From Octopus sinensis (Eukaryota), in contig NW_021828415.1 in the NCBI RefSeq assembly GCF_006345805.1, forward strand, positions 1 through 8,619: a stretch of DNA of 8,619 nucleotides, given 5' to 3'. Below, in pieces: positions 7,925 through 8,619 of this stretch. The position numbers and the translations under genes were made by a program. Position 1 is the first letter of the stretch. Each line of letters begins with the position of its first letter. The notes beneath the pieces were generated by a model, which saw only the letters and a list, made by a program, of their open reading frames with translations, did not search any database and was not told the origin of the DNA.

Positions 7925-8113
7925 TTCAAATTTTGGCCCAGCGCCATTAATTTTGAGGGTTAAGAGATTAAGTTTATATCATTGAGCCCTGTACTTCACT
8001 TGTACTTCGTTTTAATTTTCCAAGAAGATGAAAGACTAAGTCGACTATTGTAGAATTTGAACTCTGAAAACTAAGAGCTGGAAGAAATACCACGATGTCT
8101 GCCGATTTCTGAC
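7925..8113 (-). mobile_element. SINE family B, diverged copy
   Basis: Minus-strand TTTCAGAGTTCAAATTCTACAATAGTCGACTTAGTCTTTCATCTTCTTGG aligns with GTTCTGAGTTCAAATTCCGCCGAGGTCGACTTTGCCTTTCATCCTCTCGG at 1591-1640. The 3' part CCCTCAAAATTAATGGCGCTGGGCC matches ~1698-1722. Confidence 0.75.
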
Positions 8114-8132
8114 TTTTAAATAATAATGTTTA

Positions 8133-8295
8133 GGCGCAGGAGTGGCTGTGTTGTAAGTAGTTTGCTTACCAACCACATGGTTCCGGGTTTCAGTCCCAAT
8201 GCGTGGCACCTTGGGCAAGTATCTTATACTATAGCCTCGAGCCGACCAAAGCTTGTGAGTGGATTCTGGTAGACAGAACCTGAAAGAAGCCCGTC

Positions 8296-8343
<48 letters not shown>

Positions 8344-8619
8344 GATATATATATATATATATAATATATATATATATATATACACACATTTTGTGTGTAG
8401 TGTGTTGTAAGTCTTTGTGTGTCTATGTTTGTTCCCCCAACATCGCTTCACAACCGACGCTGGTGCGTTTAGATCCCCGTAAATTAGTGGTTCGGCAAAA
8501 GAGACCAATAGAATAAGTACTAGGCTTACAAGGAATAAGTCTTAGGGTCGATTTGCTCGACTAAAGGCGGTGCTCCAGCATGGCCGCAGTCAAATGACCG
8601 AAACAATTAAAAGAGTAAA
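8133..8619 (+). mobile_element. tRNA-derived SINE, family A (CORE-like; resembles octopus OR-type SINEs), near full length
   Basis: Head GGCGCAGGAGTGGCTGTGTTG (A-box-like), B-box-like GGGTTTCAGTCCC at ~8185-8197, and CORE-like CCTTGGGCAAGT at 8209-8220. An internal TA/TG microsatellite spans ~8297-8425. The 3' part has a GTCGA/TCGAC hairpin and the tail GCCGCAGTCAAATGACCG...AAAAGAGTAAA. A second copy lies inverted at 7429-7847. Confidence 0.85.

Overview
AT-rich, non-coding eukaryotic DNA, very probably from an octopus or other coleoid cephalopod (inferred from the tRNA-derived SINE families and the extreme (TA)n/(CA)n/(TATC)n/(TATG)n load, not from a database search). None of the supplied ORFs looks like a real protein; most are microsatellite read-throughs. 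The window holds about 7 SINE copies or fragments from three families, a ~610-bp foldback palindrome (2235-2842), a decayed hAT/Charlie-like MITE (3826-4159) and a CpG-richer island (5460-5850) that may be a promoter with a short first coding exon. The most notable signal is a set of minimal type I hammerhead ribozyme motifs of the Penelope/retrozyme kind. One has an intact catalytic core (4451-4498, minus strand). A second, of different sequence, lies on the same strand with its cut site 202 nt downstream (4248-4292). A relic sits at 2124-2159 (plus strand).
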